From Candidatus Bathyarchaeota archaeon (GTDB lineage Archaea > Thermoproteota > Bathyarchaeia > Bathyarchaeales > Bathycorpusculaceae), in contig CAVYXJ010000007.1 in NCBI GenBank assembly GCA_963772455.1, positions 320,001 through 384,000 of the forward strand: a stretch of DNA of 64,000 nucleotides, in the 5' to 3' direction. Position 1 is the first letter of the stretch, and every line of letters begins with the position of its first letter. Both the position numbers and the translations under genes were made by a program. The notes beneath the pieces are model-generated. The model ran no database searches. It saw only the letters and a program-made list of their open reading frames with translations, and was not told the origin of the DNA. Below are positions 9,735 through 20,197 of the stretch, one piece after another.

Positions 9735-10751
9735 GGTACATCCACCTTGTCTACACGCCATCGCAACTTCACAAAGCTCTCATCTACAGGAGTAACTAAA
9801 CCATGTTTAAAGGCTAAAACACCTGTCCAAGCAATCATAGCACCATTATCAGTTGCAAACTCCAGAGGAACCACATTGAATTTCGCATCATGCTCTTCTG
9901 CGATTATTGAAAGCATGGATTGCAACCTCTTATTCGCAGCAACTCCACCAGTTAAAAGAACCTCTTTTTTCTCGGTATGTGCTAATGCCCTCTCAGTTAC
10001 CTCGGTAACCATAGAAAACGCATGTTCTTGGAGACTATAACAAATATCTTCCAATCGGTGATTACCTTTCTGCAATTCAGTCGTTGCTGCAGTTAACAAA
10101 CCACTAAGTGACAAATCCATCCCTTTCACCACATAAGGCAAACTCACAAACTTTGTGCTTTTAGCTGCCAAATGCTCTATTGCAGCTCCAATTGGCAACC
10201 CCTTTTTACCCTTAAGTCCAGCTTCCCTACCGAAAACATCCAAGCAGTTACCAAGTGCAATATCGAGGGTTTCCCCAAAAACCCTGTATCGTCCTGACTC
10301 AAATGCAGTAACCATGGTGTTCCCTCCTGAAACGTAAAGTGTCACCGGATCTTGGGCACCTGTTTTGAGTTTGCCGATTTCAATGTGAGCGACGGAATGA
10401 TTAATGCCAATAAGAGGAACCTGAAGATATGAGGCTAAAGCTCGAGCAACAGTAGCTCCTGTACGCAAAGACGGTCCTAATCCTGGACCTTGAGAGAAAG
10501 CAATTACTGATAATTCACGCGGTTTCACACCAGCTGCTAAAAGTGCCCCGCTCAATACTTTGTCTGCAACTTCCGCATGATGTCTAGCGGCTTCTCGAGG
10601 ATGAATTCCGCCCTCTAAGGGAATGTAACTGTCTGATTTGTTAGCTAAGATTTCTCCATTAAACGTTGCAATTCCAACGCCGAAAGTCGTCAGCTGAAGA
10701 TTCAATTCCCAAGCAGAAACTGCCCAGATCACCTTTCTTTACCTTTTTCAT
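9722..10751 (-). CDS. kae1: KEOPS t6A transferase Kae1 (apparent +1 frameshift near 10682)
   Basis: Upstream frame CLGIESSADDF joins GVGIA; GGIHPREAARHH, GPGLGP, NHSVAHIE, YVSGGNT, DNGAMIA. Confidence 0.93.
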
Positions 10752-10833
10752 ACCATTCCACATTTAATCAGGGATACATATTTTTATGTGAATCCAACGC
10801 ATATATTACTGTATTATCTTGGAATTGATTTAG

Positions 10834-11280
10834 ATGCCAAAGCGTAATGACCTTGAACAGAAAGCACTCCACTATGTCGTCGGTACAGGCTATCAGGGAG
10901 TTCTTCAATCAGATTTATGGCGTGAACTTGGCGCAAGCAGCCGCGAAGGCTCACGCGTCTCAATAAAACTAGAAGAGAAGGGACTTATCCGTAGAGAAAA
11001 AGAACTTCAAGAAGGCAGATGGACCTACAGACTATACCCAAAAAGGCTACCTGCATCCATTGAAACTATAGTAGATTGCCCATGTCTGCTGTGCCCAGAT
11101 AACTCAAGATGCGACCCTACAACTGCCCTTTCTCCAAAAAGTTGCCCAAAACTAACCGAATGGATTCTTAATTTAGGAAAACCACCAGCACAAACCACCG
11201 CTGTTTCTGAAGATCCAAGCGCACCAGCCGAGCCGAATATGCCAGAGGATGATTCCGTTGCCGAAAGCTTGGTTAAATGA
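10834..11280 (+). CDS. tfeB: Transcription factor E subunit beta / archaeal RPC34 homologue (winged helix + Fe-S domain)
   Basis: Winged helix GVLQSDLWRELG.SSREGSR...GRWTY, then CPCLLC-x5-C...P..C..LTEW cluster motif. Confidence 0.75.
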   Translation: MPKRNDLEQKALHYVVGTGYQGVLQSDLWRELGASSREGSRVSIKLEEKGLIRREKELQEGRWTYRLYPKRLPASIETIVDCPCLLCPDNSRCDPTTALSPKSCPKLTEWILNLGKPPAQTTAVSEDPSAPAEPNMPEDDSVAESLVK

Positions 11281-11890
11281 AAGAAAAAACGAATATTACT
11301 TCAAAAAAGCTAAAGAAGAAAACTACCGCAGTCGATCCACATACAAGTTAGTTCAATCTAACGAAAAATACGGATTTATTCGAAGAAACAACATTGTTGT
11401 TGATCTTGGCGCTGCCCCAGGCGGCTGGATCCAAGCGGCCAGAAAAATGACTGGCAAAAACGGTTTTGTCTTAGGCATTGATTTAAAGCCAATTGAACCT
11501 TTCACACAAGAATACATACGCACAATCATAGCTGATTTTACAGAACCTGGAACAATTGATGTAATCATGTCTTTTTTACCTCGTAAGGCTGATGTAGTTC
11601 TATGTGACGCTGCACCAAACATAACTGGCGTTTGGGAAGTTGATCACGCGAGACAAATTGACTTAGCTGAAAAAGCCTTGGAAATTGCTCAATGTGTGCT
11701 AAGACCATCTGGGAACTTCTTTGTTAAAGTGTTTGAAGGCGAGTTGCTAAATGATTTTATGCAAACGATAAAAATCCTTTTTGATGAAGTTAAGCTAGTG
11801 AAACCTCAGGCTAGCCGACAACAAAGTTCAGAAATGTACCTTTTAGCTTTAGGTTTAAAAGTCGCCCGGGAATTAGAAGAAGAAAGCTAA
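11258..11890 (+). CDS. rlmE: 23S rRNA 2'-O-methyltransferase RlmE/FtsJ
   Basis: YRSRSTYKL, VDLGAAPGGW, DAAPN, KVF, KP.ASR..SSEMY. Confidence 0.93.
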   Translation: MPKAWLNERKNEYYFKKAKEENYRSRSTYKLVQSNEKYGFIRRNNIVVDLGAAPGGWIQAARKMTGKNGFVLGIDLKPIEPFTQEYIRTIIADFTEPGTIDVIMSFLPRKADVVLCDAAPNITGVWEVDHARQIDLAEKALEIAQCVLRPSGNFFVKVFEGELLNDFMQTIKILFDEVKLVKPQASRQQSSEMYLLALGLKVARELEEES

Positions 11891-11918
11891 TTTTTCAACT
11901 TTAACATAATCATAACAG

Positions 11919-12620
11919 GTGCAAAATAACTTGAAAATTATTTCAGCGGATTCTGCAGCAGCAATACTAGATGAGCAATTTAAACCAATCTTGCATGTAG
12001 CATCTGTTGCGGTTCTAGTTGAACCTCCTTACAGGGAACCGTCTTTTCGGTTATCCGAACCGATTTTCAAAGAAGTTGAAACAGGTTTTGATGTGATTGT
12101 TCATGAGGCTGAACTCTGCCGAAGTTTGCTCGATAAGATTAAGGCTGATGTTGTTCATTTGGACATGTCTTTGGGAGGAGTTACGGTCGAAGACCTATCG
12201 CCAGTTGAACTGGTAAATATGCGCGCATCAAGAACTGGACGACAACAAATTCTAAAGATTCTGCCAAAACTCAGGAAAATTGCTTGTGAAATTAAACGTG
12301 TACATGGAATAGATATGTTGGCTATCGGAAAAGAGAGCATCCCTGTGCGAATTGCTGAGTTGACGGCTGGTGCAGAAGCGATTTTGTTTGCTGCCAAAAA
12401 AGCAATAGACGAAAAAGAGAGTGTTTTATTGGGGTTGCCGTTGATGTGTCAACCAAGATTCTTAGGAAACCGAGTTTACCTTCACTCGCTCATAGCCAAC
12501 GAACATGAAATACGGAGTTTTAGCGTTGATACTTTGGGTGTTTTAACAAAGGTTAAATTGTTAGAAACCTTAAACCCTGTTGCAAGAGGGTTCCGAGCCC
12601 TAACTATTAAACCAAAATAG
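11919..12620 (+). CDS. DUF4152-family protein
   Basis: IISADSAAAILDE...VLVEPPY...VHLDMSLGG...AIGKESIPVRIAEL resembles the archaeal DUF4152 family. Confidence 0.7.
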   Translation: MQNNLKIISADSAAAILDEQFKPILHVASVAVLVEPPYREPSFRLSEPIFKEVETGFDVIVHEAELCRSLLDKIKADVVHLDMSLGGVTVEDLSPVELVNMRASRTGRQQILKILPKLRKIACEIKRVHGIDMLAIGKESIPVRIAELTAGAEAILFAAKKAIDEKESVLLGLPLMCQPRFLGNRVYLHSLIANEHEIRSFSVDTLGVLTKVKLLETLNPVARGFRALTIKPK

Positions 12621-12631
12621 AGAGAAAATAG

Positions 12632-13228
12632 ATGAATATTCCCTTACCATTTTGGAATAACGCTTCTCCTAAACGCAAAAGAATCTACTCAATAATGTTC
12701 ATGTTCATACTAGCTGTTAGCGCAACACTTGTCGGGACGCTAGTTCAACTTAGTCCAACGGACGCTAAAGCAATAAACGACCAAGTAAACAAAATTACCG
12801 CAGACAACCCAACCTATGCGTCACGAGTCGAAGCTATTTTCATAAACAACTTCTTTCTTTGTCTTTTGATGTTTATTCCATTTGTTGGATCATTTATAGG
12901 CTTGTTTGTATTGTTCAGCACAGGCGTTGGAATAAGGGCAATTCTTGACACACAAGCCGCAAGTGGCACGGTTTCAGCGGTTCCCACCTTAACACCAACT
13001 CTTGCAATAATTGGATTAATCGGTGTTGGACTAACATTCTTGCTTGAATATGTTTCGTACTCAATTGGAATCGCTGAGAGTGTATGGCTGTTTCGTAGGA
13101 TAACCCAGTGGAGATCACTACCGTTGAAGTTGGAGTTGAAAAACGTTGGAATCTTAATTGGTATTGTCGCTGCGCTGCTCATTACTGGCGCTTTGGTTGA
13201 AACCTGGGTTATAGGTACAATCGGCTAA
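12632..13228 (+). CDS. SpoIIM-family membrane protein
   Basis: IFINN, LLEY and ALVE motifs with several TM helices. Confidence 0.75.
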   Translation: MNIPLPFWNNASPKRKRIYSIMFMFILAVSATLVGTLVQLSPTDAKAINDQVNKITADNPTYASRVEAIFINNFFLCLLMFIPFVGSFIGLFVLFSTGVGIRAILDTQAASGTVSAVPTLTPTLAIIGLIGVGLTFLLEYVSYSIGIAESVWLFRRITQWRSLPLKLELKNVGILIGIVAALLITGALVETWVIGTIG

Positions 13229-13239
13229 AAAACCACTTT

Positions 13240-14095
13240 TTATTTTTTCATTATTTCTAAGCTTATGTCCAATGCTTTGACGCTATGAGTCAATTCGCCC
13301 AAACTTACTATGTCCATTTGGGCACTCGCAAACTCCAATAGATTATCACTTGTAATTCCACCACTCACCTCAAGCAATATGCTGCCAAACCCAGCCTTCC
13401 TAAGCGCTTCTCCTGCATTTTTGGCTTGTTTGGGAGAAAAATTGTCCAGCATAATGATGTCTGCGCCTGCTTTTGCTGCTTTCAAGGCATCTTCAAAACT
13501 GGTTACTTCGATCTCAATTTTCTTGGTAAAAGAAGCATTACTTTTTGCCCTCTTGAGAGCTTCCTCAACGCTTCCGATAATCGCGAGGTGATTGTCTTTA
13601 ATTAGAATCATATCGTCCAAATGTGACCTGTGTGGATCACCACCCCCAATGACGATCGCTTTTTTATCAAAATAGAGTAGCCCCGGTGCAGATTTGCGTG
13701 TTGCCGCAATTTTCGTTTTAGCGTTCGCTTTTTCAAGCTTCTCAATTAGCATTCGTGTTTTGGTTGCGATACCGCTCATTCGTGACAGAAGATTAAGCAT
13801 GGTTCGCTCACCTGAAAGGATAGTTTGGGCGTCGCCTGAAATCTGCATGAGGATTTGTTTGTTTTTTATTGTTTCCCCATCAGCAACTATAGCTCTAACT
13901 TTGAGTCCTAAGTACTCCATAAGAAATGTGGCTTCTTCGATTCCAGCAACTACGCCTTCTTCCTTGGCAATAACTTCTGCCGTTACGATTAAATTCTGTA
14001 GGAATAACTGCTGCCGCCGTTACATCTCCCTGACCGATGTCTTCAGCAAGTATTTGCTTGAGTTTTTCCTCCACGATTCTTCTTGGCACGAACAT
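13240..14095 (-). CDS. nadC: Quinolinate phosphoribosyltransferase (apparent +1 frameshift near 13999)
   Basis: LAEDIGQGDVT in the upstream frame; ERTMLNLL, ATRKSAPG, LIKDNH, IMLDN, EVSGGI. Confidence 0.93.
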
Positions 14096-14189
14096 ACTTG
14101 GTAGTGTTAGTGATCTGAGCTTAAATTGCTTGCTTTTTTCTTAAGTTTAGGGATAGTTCAAATATAATCTTGCACTAATCGTAGCTTGT

Positions 14190-15331
14190 ATGAGATTATT
14201 GCTCTGCTGCTCCGAACTCGGATTAGGACACGTTTCACGAATCATTCCTTTAGGCAAACGGTTGGAGAAAAATGGTCATGAAATGTTCTTTTTCTCAGGC
14301 GGCAAAGCCTATGAGATGCTTCAAAAAGAATTCAAAAACGTTTACAAATGCACTCCTGTTTCATGGTATGAAAACGCACACGGCATAATCACTTCAGCAT
14401 CACTCCTAAACCTACTTGTTCCTCTCCCTCTCTTCAACATGGAGACAGAATAGGTTTGAACTAAAAAAATCCAATGCGATGGAAACCATCCATCGATACT
14501 ACGACTTAAGAGAAAAACTCCACGATATTGCACCCGACATACTTATCGCAGATGGGGACATAAACGCGCTTCGGCTTGCTCAAAGGTGGAAAATTCCTTC
14601 AATCTACATTGCTAACATGATAAGACCAAGCTATGGCTTCTCAGCTTTTCTTAGCCCAGGCGAACGCGTGGTTGAACGGTACATTAAACAATGCTCAAAA
14701 ATAATAATTCCAGATAACCCGCCACCCTTCACTGTGTCTGAGTACAGTATTGGCAACTTGGACCAGGTAGGACTGAAGGGAAATATCGAGTACGTGGGAG
14801 CATTCGTTGACACAACACTGGTCAGTGGTTCTCATGAACACGTTTTTGCTCCAATTAGCGGACCAGTTGGAACAAGAGCAAAGCTAACAAAAACAATCAT
14901 TCCAGTACTTCAAAAACTCAAAACAAAATGCATCATAAGTTTAGGAACTCCAGGAAAGAGAGTTTCAACTAAAATCGGTAATTGTGAACTCCACACTTGG
15001 CTTTCACCACAAGAAAGACAGGAAGCAATGAGAAACTCTAAATTCGTGATATTTAGCGGCGGCCATGCGACTTGCTTTGAAACCATTAAGTATGCTAAGC
15101 CAAGCATCTGCATTCCCACTCAACCTGAACAGTTGGGAAACGCAGCTAAACTTAAAGATCTAAACTGCTCTATCACCGTAAAAAACAAAAGCCAACTTGA
15201 AAAAGCAGTCAAGAAAATGGAAAAAGAAAAAGAAACCTATAACAAAAATGTGCAAGCTCTAAACCTTATTCTCGAATAAGTTCAAAGGTTTAGATAGGGC
15301 TGTTTCAATAGTTGAAACATTGCTGGACTAA
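14190..15331 (+). CDS. GT-B glycosyltransferase, MJ1255/GT28-like (apparent +1 frameshifts near 14446 and 15265)
   Basis: ELGLGHVSR N-terminus; GGHAT..E...KP...QPEQ..NA C-terminal domain; three frames join into one gene. Confidence 0.8.
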
Positions 15332-15335
15332 CCGT

Positions 15336-15959
15336 TTATTTAGTAAGATTCAGACGTTTGACTTCGCCGTTAGGTGTTATTTCGTCAAAGACTATCGCCT
15401 TGAACTTGTAGATTTTTGCTTCTTTTGTTAGCCAGGTGTCTGGAGGCAAACCCGCCTTCATACAGCATTGACACAAAAATTCTTCTTCACCCCAGCTCAA
15501 TTCCACGGGTACCTGAGGCAAAAGTAATCCTTTGTAGGAACCTCTTTCGACAATTAAACCATCTTGACCAACTTTAATTTTGTTTAAGTATTCTTTAGGA
15601 TTCTTTACATCTACAAGTTCTGGTGGCGTTAACACGCTAACCTCGAAAACAACTTTGTCTAGTTCATCAGGTGTTAATGGTTCAAACCTGGGATCCTGTG
15701 TTGCAGCGTTTATGGCAGAATCGATCATTGCCTCAACAAGTGGACTTGTTGGGTAGGGGTAGCCGATACAACCTCGAAGCTCTTTCTCACCCATAACTGG
15801 GATGCTGATAGTTACAAAAACGCCGCAGCATTCAAAGAGTTTTTTTGGTGTATCTTTTGGCGGTTTTAGAACTTTGTTGGTTTTCAAATACTGTGTTACT
15901 GTTTTACGCGCTAATTGAATTAGAAACTTTCCTTCTTCCTGAGTTAATTCAAACGGCAT
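15336..15959 (-). CDS. AMMECR1-domain protein (TIGR00296 / AmmeMemoRadiSam protein A-like)
   Basis: GVFVT, LRGCIG, DPRF, EVSVLT, GLLLPQV, C.KAG. Confidence 0.9.
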   Translation of the reverse strand: MPFELTQEEGKFLIQLARKTVTQYLKTNKVLKPPKDTPKKLFECCGVFVTISIPVMGEKELRGCIGYPYPTSPLVEAMIDSAINAATQDPRFEPLTPDELDKVVFEVSVLTPPELVDVKNPKEYLNKIKVGQDGLIVERGSYKGLLLPQVPVELSWGEEEFLCQCCMKAGLPPDTWLTKEAKIYKFKAIVFDEITPNGEVKRLNLTK

Positions 15960-16027
15960 AGTAATTTCCTTCTTAGGCGCTGCTCAACCTCTCAATAAAC
16001 TAAAAAATGTAAAGAAAAATGTTTTTT

Positions 16028-16729
16028 TTAAAACTTTATGGATTCTTCGGTGATGCCTTCCTTGGTTATAATAAGGAAGTCTATTCCATCGCCACTCATG
16101 GAATCTCTGCTAATAGCTGACTTTATTGAACGCGTCACGAGTTCTTTTGCTTCTTGTGCCGTCATTGTTTCATTATAACCTTCTTCAAGAACACCCATGG
16201 CGGTTTCAGTTCCTGAACCCACAACCGCATATTTGTCTGGAATTAAAGAACCTAAAACATCAAGTACATAGAGTGATGAGCCTTCTTCATCTAATCCGCC
16301 TACAATTGTTTGAGTAAACAAGGGTGAGTAACGACGATTGAAAAGTACGTTGGCTAAAAGTTTTGCCGATGAACGCACACTAATTTGTCTTCCGACATCC
16401 ATGCTAAAGAGGCTGGCTTGTGCCTGCATTTCTTTGGCGAGGATCTGCATATCTCCAACTAATCCTGCACAAGCAACACCGATACGATCGGTTACTTTAA
16501 AGACTTTTTTGCCACCTTTGCTCATGATGAAGTTGCCGTAAGTGACTCTTTTTTCAGAAGCTAAAATTACTCCTCCTGCGAAGATTGCACCTACTGTAGT
16601 GGCACCAGGCATCCATCCGCCGCCTTGCTGAGCTTGTTGACCTTGGTTTTGCTGCTGTTGGTCTTGCGGCATCAGTTGGATTTGGGGAATATTCGGTAAC
16701 CCTGGTAATTGTGATCCATAACCTTCCAT
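16028..16729 (-). CDS. psmB: Proteasome beta subunit, probably non-catalytic, with a Gln-rich N-terminal extension
   Basis: PGATTVG, ASEKR, KKVF, AGLVGD, VGSG, RD.MSGDG. Confidence 0.9.
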   Translation of the reverse strand: MEGYGSQLPGLPNIPQIQLMPQDQQQQNQGQQAQQGGGWMPGATTVGAIFAGGVILASEKRVTYGNFIMSKGGKKVFKVTDRIGVACAGLVGDMQILAKEMQAQASLFSMDVGRQISVRSSAKLLANVLFNRRYSPLFTQTIVGGLDEEGSSLYVLDVLGSLIPDKYAVVGSGTETAMGVLEEGYNETMTAQEAKELVTRSIKSAISRDSMSGDGIDFLIITKEGITEESIKF

Positions 16730-16810
16730 AATTTTCGCCTTTTCTTGATATACACAAGACAAATTATTAAGGTTACTTATAACCATTATAGAATATCGAA
16801 GTGACCCGAT

Positions 16811-16981
16811 ATGGGGGAGTCTAAACCGTTAAGGTGCCATAAATGTGGCAAATCCATTGGTTATATCGAAGTTACAAGTAAAAGTTTTATTGCACCCAAA
16901 TCATCGTTTGACAACGTGAAGTTGGTTGCAACATGCATAGATTGTTCCAACAAAAATACCTTTTACCGCAATAACTTTTAA
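16811..16981 (+). CDS. Small 56-aa zinc-ribbon protein (below the ORF track cutoff)
   Basis: MGESKPLRCHKCGKSIGYIEV...VATCIDCSNKNTFYRNNF; two CxxC motifs; fills the intergenic gap. Confidence 0.65.
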   Translation: MGESKPLRCHKCGKSIGYIEVTSKSFIAPKSSFDNVKLVATCIDCSNKNTFYRNNF

Positions 16982-17017
16982 CATTCACCATTTACCATCA
17001 AAAGAAAGGCAAACTCA

Positions 17018-17602
17018 ATGATAGAAATCTACGCGCAAAATATCGAGCACACATGGTTTGCAATCGCCTTGAACAAGCAACAAATCATCACCACTTCTTT
17101 TGGCGCAGACTATCAAACAACCCTAAAAAACGTTTTAAGTAACGTGCCCTTCAACATGGCTTTTCAGGTTTTTCACGAACCAGTACCTTCCGTCAAAAAT
17201 ATCTTCACGACTTTGAAAAAAATTTATGATGGAAAAAAATTTGACGCAAACCTTTCTTTAGCAATATCTCATTTACCACCTTACACCAAAAAAGTCCTTA
17301 AAACAACCGAAGCAATTCCAATTGGATACGTGACTTCTTATGGAGCTATCGCCAAAGCTGCTGGAGGAGGCCCAAGAGCAGTAGGAAACATTATGGCATC
17401 TAATCCTTTCGCACCCCTTGTTCCCTGCCATAGGGTTGTTAGATCTAACTTTGCCTTGGGCGGCTACGGTCTTGGTTTAGAAAATAAGATACAATTATTA
17501 TCCAGAGAAAAACGTGGATTTTCTTCCTCGAAAATAATTGAAATAAATGATAAGCTACTTACGGTTTTTCCCGTTGAGTATGTTCTCAAAAATTTTGTTT
17601 AA
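17018..17602 (+). CDS. ogt: Methylated-DNA-protein-cysteine methyltransferase
   Basis: SYGAIA, RAVG and the PCHRV active site. Confidence 0.92.
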   Translation: MIEIYAQNIEHTWFAIALNKQQIITTSFGADYQTTLKNVLSNVPFNMAFQVFHEPVPSVKNIFTTLKKIYDGKKFDANLSLAISHLPPYTKKVLKTTEAIPIGYVTSYGAIAKAAGGGPRAVGNIMASNPFAPLVPCHRVVRSNFALGGYGLGLENKIQLLSREKRGFSSSKIIEINDKLLTVFPVEYVLKNFV

Positions 17603-17658
17603 ACGATTTTACGCAAATCATAAATTCATGCGAACCCCACTCAAAGCAAGTGAGCACC

Positions 17659-18186
17659 ATGGTTAACCGAGGTCTCTATGTTGGAAGATTTCAGCCTTTT
17701 CATTTAGGACACCTAGACGCCATAAAATATGCCTTAAAACAAGTTGATGAATTGGTTATTGTAATCGGGAGCGCCCAATATAGTCACAATGCCAAAAACC
17801 CCTTTACGGCAGGCGAAAGGCTGGTTATGGTTCGAAAAGCACTATTAGAGGCCGGAGTTGATTACTCTAAATTATGGGTTGTACCGGTACCAGACGTTCA
17901 CCTTCATATGCTTTGGGTCAGCGCTGTTTTAGGATATACACCAAAATTTAATGTATTGATTTCTAATGAGCCCTTAACAAAAAGGCTTTTTATGGAAGCT
18001 GGATACGAAGTCAAAACCATTCCCTTATTTGAGAGAAAACTCTACATGTCAACAATTGTGCGCGAAAAAATGCTTAAAGACGATAGTTGGATTGAGTTGG
18101 TTCCTAAAAGCGTGGCTGACTTCATTTTGGAGATAGATGGTGTTAACAGGCTCAGGGATCTGACCCGAACAGATAGAGTATGCTAA
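17659..18186 (+). CDS. nadM: Nicotinamide-nucleotide adenylyltransferase
   Basis: GRFQPFHLGH, GSAQ, NPFTAGER. Confidence 0.92.
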   Translation: MVNRGLYVGRFQPFHLGHLDAIKYALKQVDELVIVIGSAQYSHNAKNPFTAGERLVMVRKALLEAGVDYSKLWVVPVPDVHLHMLWVSAVLGYTPKFNVLISNEPLTKRLFMEAGYEVKTIPLFERKLYMSTIVREKMLKDDSWIELVPKSVADFILEIDGVNRLRDLTRTDRVC

Positions 18187-18749
18187 ACAACCATCTTTTC
18201 CGTTGAAGCCTTATGGTAGAAATTCCAAGCTAAAATGTAAACAATTACTAAAACAATCACTTGTACAAAGACCCCGAGTATGTTTGTTGAGAAAGCAAAA
18301 AAGTTGTTCGTGGCATGAAGAGACACCGCAATCAAGAAGTATGGCAGAGGATTTTTCTTTGAAATTCCATAAGCGGTTATAGTTGCACTTGATGCATGAA
18401 AAATAAGGTGCGGTATACTGCCAATAACGGGTGCACCTAATAAGAAAACATATTCTACGAACTCTGCAGCGCCAAAACCTAATCCGATTAACAGACCCAG
18501 AGTAACAATCGACCGTTCAGTTTCCCCGTGCCTATAAAACAAAGGAAAAACTTTAGCAATTTCCTCGATGGGAGGTGCAAAAACAACAAGGAGTAAAGCT
18601 GCAGAAAACCCTCCTGTCGGAACAAATGATTCGAAGAAAGTCGCAAAGGGAATACTTACCAAAACTCCGGAAGCAAAAAAGAAAATTAGTTCTTTTCGAT
18701 TTGGTTTATGAATAGGAATAACGCATTGATGTGGAGTTTCAGTTTCCAT
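18183..18749 (-). CDS. PrsW-family intramembrane protease
   Basis: PPIEEIAK, FGAAE, conserved His residues (FHAS, LHATNN); multiple TM helices. Confidence 0.8.
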   Translation of the reverse strand: METETPHQCVIPIHKPNRKELIFFFASGVLVSIPFATFFESFVPTGGFSAALLLVVFAPPIEEIAKVFPLFYRHGETERSIVTLGLLIGLGFGAAEFVEYVFLLGAPVIGSIPHLIFHASSATITAYGISKKNPLPYFLIAVSLHATNNFFAFSTNILGVFVQVIVLVIVYILAWNFYHKASTEKMVV

Positions 18750-18814
18750 AAAAGAAGCTTCCTAACAAATAATGAATTAATCACTAGTTTATAAAATGTC
18801 TTTTCGATAACTCG

Positions 18815-20188
18815 TTAAAAACCAGCAGTTATCAAGTCGGAAGGCTTCATTATTTCCCTTAAAATAACTGTGGCGTAAGATCCTCTAAGTAACATAAAAC
18901 TAACCTTTGCCTGAACTCCCTCGCCGGCGGCATTCGACGAAATGCTTTGCAGTCTAAAGTCTCGAATTGGAGCGAGAGCCGCTCTCAAACCACCTTTTCC
19001 TCCTGTCTGTGATAGCACGTTTAAAGGTAGATGGGTAGTTCCTATACCTTCTTGCTCCAAAACATCATGCTCAATTTGCCCCATTACCCCCTTGGAGAGC
19101 TTTTGTTTTACCCCAAAAATGGGAAGAGCCAAACGCAATCTTCCAGCTTTAATTTGAGTGTTAACTTCAGATAGGTTTTCAGTGTCTGCAATTTTCGCAA
19201 CAGAAGTCAGAGGTAATCCAGAACGTTCAACGCCAACAACGTAATCCCCCTCTAAGGCTTCATTCAAAGGCAAATCATGCTTCAGTCGTTCACTTAGAAA
19301 ACGATTGAACAAGTAGGATTGGTGTGCTTGAACAAAAAGCGCTTGAAGCTTTATAGGCAAACATTGAAAAGCCCCAACGAAATCATCAGGCTTATCTGCC
19401 AAATAATTAAGCATTATTCGTTCAAAACGCAATTGTTTTGGGAAATTCTCTTTTGCATGCTTAAAATTTTTTGTTGTCTCCAATTCTTGTCGAGCTTGTC
19501 TTGAAATGGGATGTTCATAAACACTGGGTTTAGCCAGAAAAAGCATCGCCGCCTGCTCAAAATCGCCTTTAATTAGTGCTTTTCCAACCAAATGCGTGAT
19601 AGGGCGAGTTGTTCCGAAGCGTTGATGCCCAAAAAAATTTGGTGCCCCGCCGAAGTCTTCTATTTCTTTTATTATTTTCGTCATATTTTCTTTAACAGAA
19701 GCTTCTGAACCATTGATTGCTTTGATCGTTATGGTGAAATTATTGCCTAAAAGATAGAAAAGTGACAACATATTACGAACATAACCGATAGGGTGAACCG
19801 AAATTTCCTTAATGTCAATTTTTCCTGCATCTTCCATCGAAATGTTTTCTAAAGTAATATGTTGTGCAGTAACTGCTTTTGCGTCCTTGATTCCGGCAAA
19901 CTGAACTCTGGCTTGATCAATCTCTAAGACCTTCGCAATATTCTTCACCGTAATGAATGTATCCCAGTTCCGCTTAACCAAAACGCACAGCAAAAAACGT
20001 TGTTTTTGAAGTGACGAACCTAACACTCTACTTGGAACTTCTCCATTAATACTTGCTTTGGAACCATCCACAAGAACCTCTTCAACCACAAAATCATCAA
20101 CGGACTCCCGAATGACACCCCCAACGCCTTCACTTATGCTGGCATACACATCTATTCCAAGCAACTTTTCAATTTCGGAAATCTGCAA
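18815..20188 (-). CDS. truD: tRNA pseudouridine(13) synthase
   Basis: DFVVEE, AGIKDAKAVTAQ, NFFGHQRFG, GSYAT; TTG start. Confidence 0.93.
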   Translation of the reverse strand: MQISEIEKLLGIDVYASISEGVGGVIRESVDDFVVEEVLVDGSKASINGEVPSRVLGSSLQKQRFLLCVLVKRNWDTFITVKNIAKVLEIDQARVQFAGIKDAKAVTAQHITLENISMEDAGKIDIKEISVHPIGYVRNMLSLFYLLGNNFTITIKAINGSEASVKENMTKIIKEIEDFGGAPNFFGHQRFGTTRPITHLVGKALIKGDFEQAAMLFLAKPSVYEHPISRQARQELETTKNFKHAKENFPKQLRFERIMLNYLADKPDDFVGAFQCLPIKLQALFVQAHQSYLFNRFLSERLKHDLPLNEALEGDYVVGVERSGLPLTSVAKIADTENLSEVNTQIKAGRLRLALPIFGVKQKLSKGVMGQIEHDVLEQEGIGTTHLPLNVLSQTGGKGGLRAALAPIRDFRLQSISSNAAGEGVQAKVSFMLLRGSYATVILREIMKPSDLITAGF

Positions 20189-20197
20189 AAAATCGCC

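Noticed and set aside
14440-14460. TAG readthrough (pyrrolysine) in the glycosyltransferase
   Set aside because: The protein continues in a different frame, not past the stop.
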